This document shows positions 62,210 through 64,000 of a stretch of 64,000 nucleotides of DNA, piece by piece. Source of the DNA: an uncultured delta proteobacterium. Lineage in GTDB: Bacteria; Myxococcota_A; Polyangia; Palsa-1104. How positions within the stretch are numbered: position 1 is the first letter of the stretch; the number at the start of each line of letters is the position of its first letter. The stretch lies in NCBI GenBank assembly GCA_963785725.1, contig CAWAWS010000033.1, forward strand, positions 160,001 to 224,000, written 5' to 3'. The notes beneath the pieces were generated by a model. It was given only the letters and a program-made list of their open reading frames with translations, had not been told where the DNA came from and searched no databases. A program made the position numbers and the translations under genes.

Positions 62210-62530
62210 TCATGCGCCGGCGGCCTTCGCGGCGCGCAGCTTCAAGAGGCGTAGCGACGGATAGCCGAGCGTCAGCGTCTGCAGCGTCCAGCCGATGGCG
62301 GCCGCAGGCGCGACGCCGCTGGCCAGGCGAAATGCGTAGGCCGCCTCGCCGACATGCAGCGCGACCGCGCCGACGAAGACGGCGATGAGCACCGCGGCCG
62401 GCGGCAGCCAAAACAGGTGCGCCGTCCACCACGCGAGCGCCGGCGGGTCGAAGGCGAGCACGCCGAGCGTGGTCATTCCGGCGATGATGGTGATCCACCA
62501 AACGACGTGCGGACGATCGATAGGCGACAT
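62210..62530 (-). CDS. Small membrane protein, TMEM254/DUF4499-like
   Basis: TM helices, ALHVGEAAYAF, WTLQTLTLGYPSL. Confidence 0.72.
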   Translation of the reverse strand: MSPIDRPHVVWWITIIAGMTTLGVLAFDPPALAWWTAHLFWLPPAAVLIAVFVGAVALHVGEAAYAFRLASGVAPAAAIGWTLQTLTLGYPSLRLLKLRAAKAAGA

Positions 62531-62702
62531 GAGGCGCATGATAACCGGGCGCGGCGCCGCGGGAAAGTCGGGCATCCCGGCGCGGCCGATTCCAGGCGAT
62601 GACGCTAGCCTGTTCGCGTCGACCAGGCATGTGACGGCGGCACTTGCCGGACGCGCCAAGCCGCTCGAGCAATCGACACGCACGAGGGACGGCGCTCCGC
62701 GG

Positions 62703-62867
62703 ATGGCGCGCGAGAATCGCGACAACGACGCGCCACTGCTGGGCTATCCGGCACCTTCGAGCTGCTCGAAGACGATTTATGAAGGCTTCGGCGACTCGAA
62801 CTATTACGAATTGGGCGAGAAGATCGATCCGACGTCGTTCGAGGCGGTGACGGTCAGGCCCGAGTAA
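62703..62867 (+). CDS. Possible small protein (54 aa)
   Basis: Protein-like IYEGFGDSNYYELGEKIDP in an otherwise empty gap; no family recognised. Confidence 0.3.
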   Translation: MARENRDNDAPLLGYPAPSSCSKTIYEGFGDSNYYELGEKIDPTSFEAVTVRPE

Positions 62868-62903
62868 TCGCGATTCACAGCAGCGCGTAGCCCGTAACGG
62901 TGT

Positions 62904-63824
62904 TCAATAGACGTGCGGGACGAACAGCTGCGGCGGAATGGGACCGCGCAGGTAATTCGGGTTGTGCACGCGCGCCGGAAGCTCGACCGTAGGCTGCTCG
63001 ATATCGCCCGCCGGAATCTGCTCCAGCAAGTGATGAATGCAGTTCAGACGCGCCCGCTTCTTATCATTGGCTTCGACGACCCACCAGCGCGCTTCGGGAA
63101 TATGCGTGCGCTCGATCATCGTCTCTTTGGCTTTCGTATAGTCTTCCCAATGGCGGCGCGACTCCAAGTCCATCGGGCTCAATTTCCAGCGCTTCAAAGG
63201 ATCGTGAATCCGCATCGCGAATCGTAAGTACTGCTCGTCATCGGTGATCGAAAACCAATATTTGATGAGCACGATTCCCGAGCGCACGAGCATCTTTTCG
63301 AACTCGGGCGTGCTGCGAAAGAACTCTTCGTATTCTTCGTCGCTGCAAAAGCCCATGACGCGCTCGACGTTGGCGCGGTTGTACCAGCTGCGATCGAAGA
63401 GCACGATCTCGCCGCCGGCCGGCAGATGCGCGATGTATCGCTGGAAATACCACTGCGTGCGCTCGCGGTCGTTGGGCGCGGGCAACGCGGCGACGCGGCA
63501 CACACGCGGGTTCAATCGCTGCGTAATGCGCTTGATGACGCCGCCTTTGCCGGCCGCGTCGCGCCCTTCGAAGAGCACGACGACTTTGAGCTTATTGCGG
63601 ACGACCCAGTCTTGCAGCTTGACCAGCTCGCCCTGCAGCCGCAACAGCTCGCGAAAATAGCGGCCGCGATCGAGCGCCGGCCCGTGGCCGTTGCCGTCGT
63701 TCTTGAGCGCGCCGTCGTCGAGCTCCATCTCCAGCTCTTCGTCGATGCTATCGAGCACCTCGCTGCGGACGCGCTGCTGGAGATCGCCGATGTCGAGACC
63801 GTAGCGTTCGTCTTGGCCGCTCAC
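62904..63824 (-). CDS. ppk2: Polyphosphate kinase 2
   Basis: FEGRDAAGKGG, QWYFQRY, FDRSWYNR, WKLSPMD, DKKRARLN. Confidence 0.96.
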   Translation of the reverse strand: MSGQDERYGLDIGDLQQRVRSEVLDSIDEELEMELDDGALKNDGNGHGPALDRGRYFRELLRLQGELVKLQDWVVRNKLKVVVLFEGRDAAGKGGVIKRITQRLNPRVCRVAALPAPNDRERTQWYFQRYIAHLPAGGEIVLFDRSWYNRANVERVMGFCSDEEYEEFFRSTPEFEKMLVRSGIVLIKYWFSITDDEQYLRFAMRIHDPLKRWKLSPMDLESRRHWEDYTKAKETMIERTHIPEARWWVVEANDKKRARLNCIHHLLEQIPAGDIEQPTVELPARVHNPNYLRGPIPPQLFVPHVY

Positions 63825-64000
63825 GAGTTCACCGCCAATGAGGCATACGAATGAAGCAAAGCTGCAGCGAGCATGGGCAGAAGGGCTCCTTTGCCGCAGC
63901 CTACTGCCGCGGCGTTACGCGCACGGTCACCATCCGGCAAATCCCGCGTGACGGACGGACGACATATTACCTCGACCCGCGGTGGCAGCCTACCCAGGCC

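Noticed and set aside
1..64000. Prophage, transposase, integrase or eCIS structural genes
   Set aside because: No recognisable motifs in any plausible ORF.

Overview
Very GC-rich bacterial chromosomal DNA, most likely Myxococcota (Polyangia-like), inferred from a MYXO-CTERM tail, a Hanks kinase with a PEGA-like C-terminus, Kazal and Ig-like lipoproteins, and candidate sigma54 sites. About 40 genes are supported; no rRNA, tRNA, CRISPR array or transposase was recognised. Main blocks: (1) two NHL-repeat lipoproteins, a Ser/Thr kinase and a divergent TPR protein; (2) a tightly coupled minus-strand operon of a giant (~3,790 aa) protein with two DUF4157-like HExxH domains, a stand-alone HATPase with no visible His-box, a 424-aa unknown and two CxxCxxCC (YkgJ-family) proteins, which is the best candidate for an undescribed system; (3) Sel1, PhyH, glgX, an AI-2E transporter fused to a receiver domain, GST and an S9 peptidase; (4) a stretch rich in lipoprotein glycoside hydrolases (GH92, GH63/MGH1-like, thaumatin/GH64-like, two GH87-like) suggesting fungal wall degradation, interrupted by a copper TolC/multicopper oxidase operon and a 6 x 26-bp palindromic tandem array whose core recurs about 1 kb away; (5) LysR/epimerase, ArsR plus RND efflux, and ppk2. 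Four genes carry single-base indels at five sites that look like sequencing errors; one site creates the false 4032-aa DUF4157-HATPase fusion in the ORF track. All family assignments come from motif recognition by eye, not database searches.
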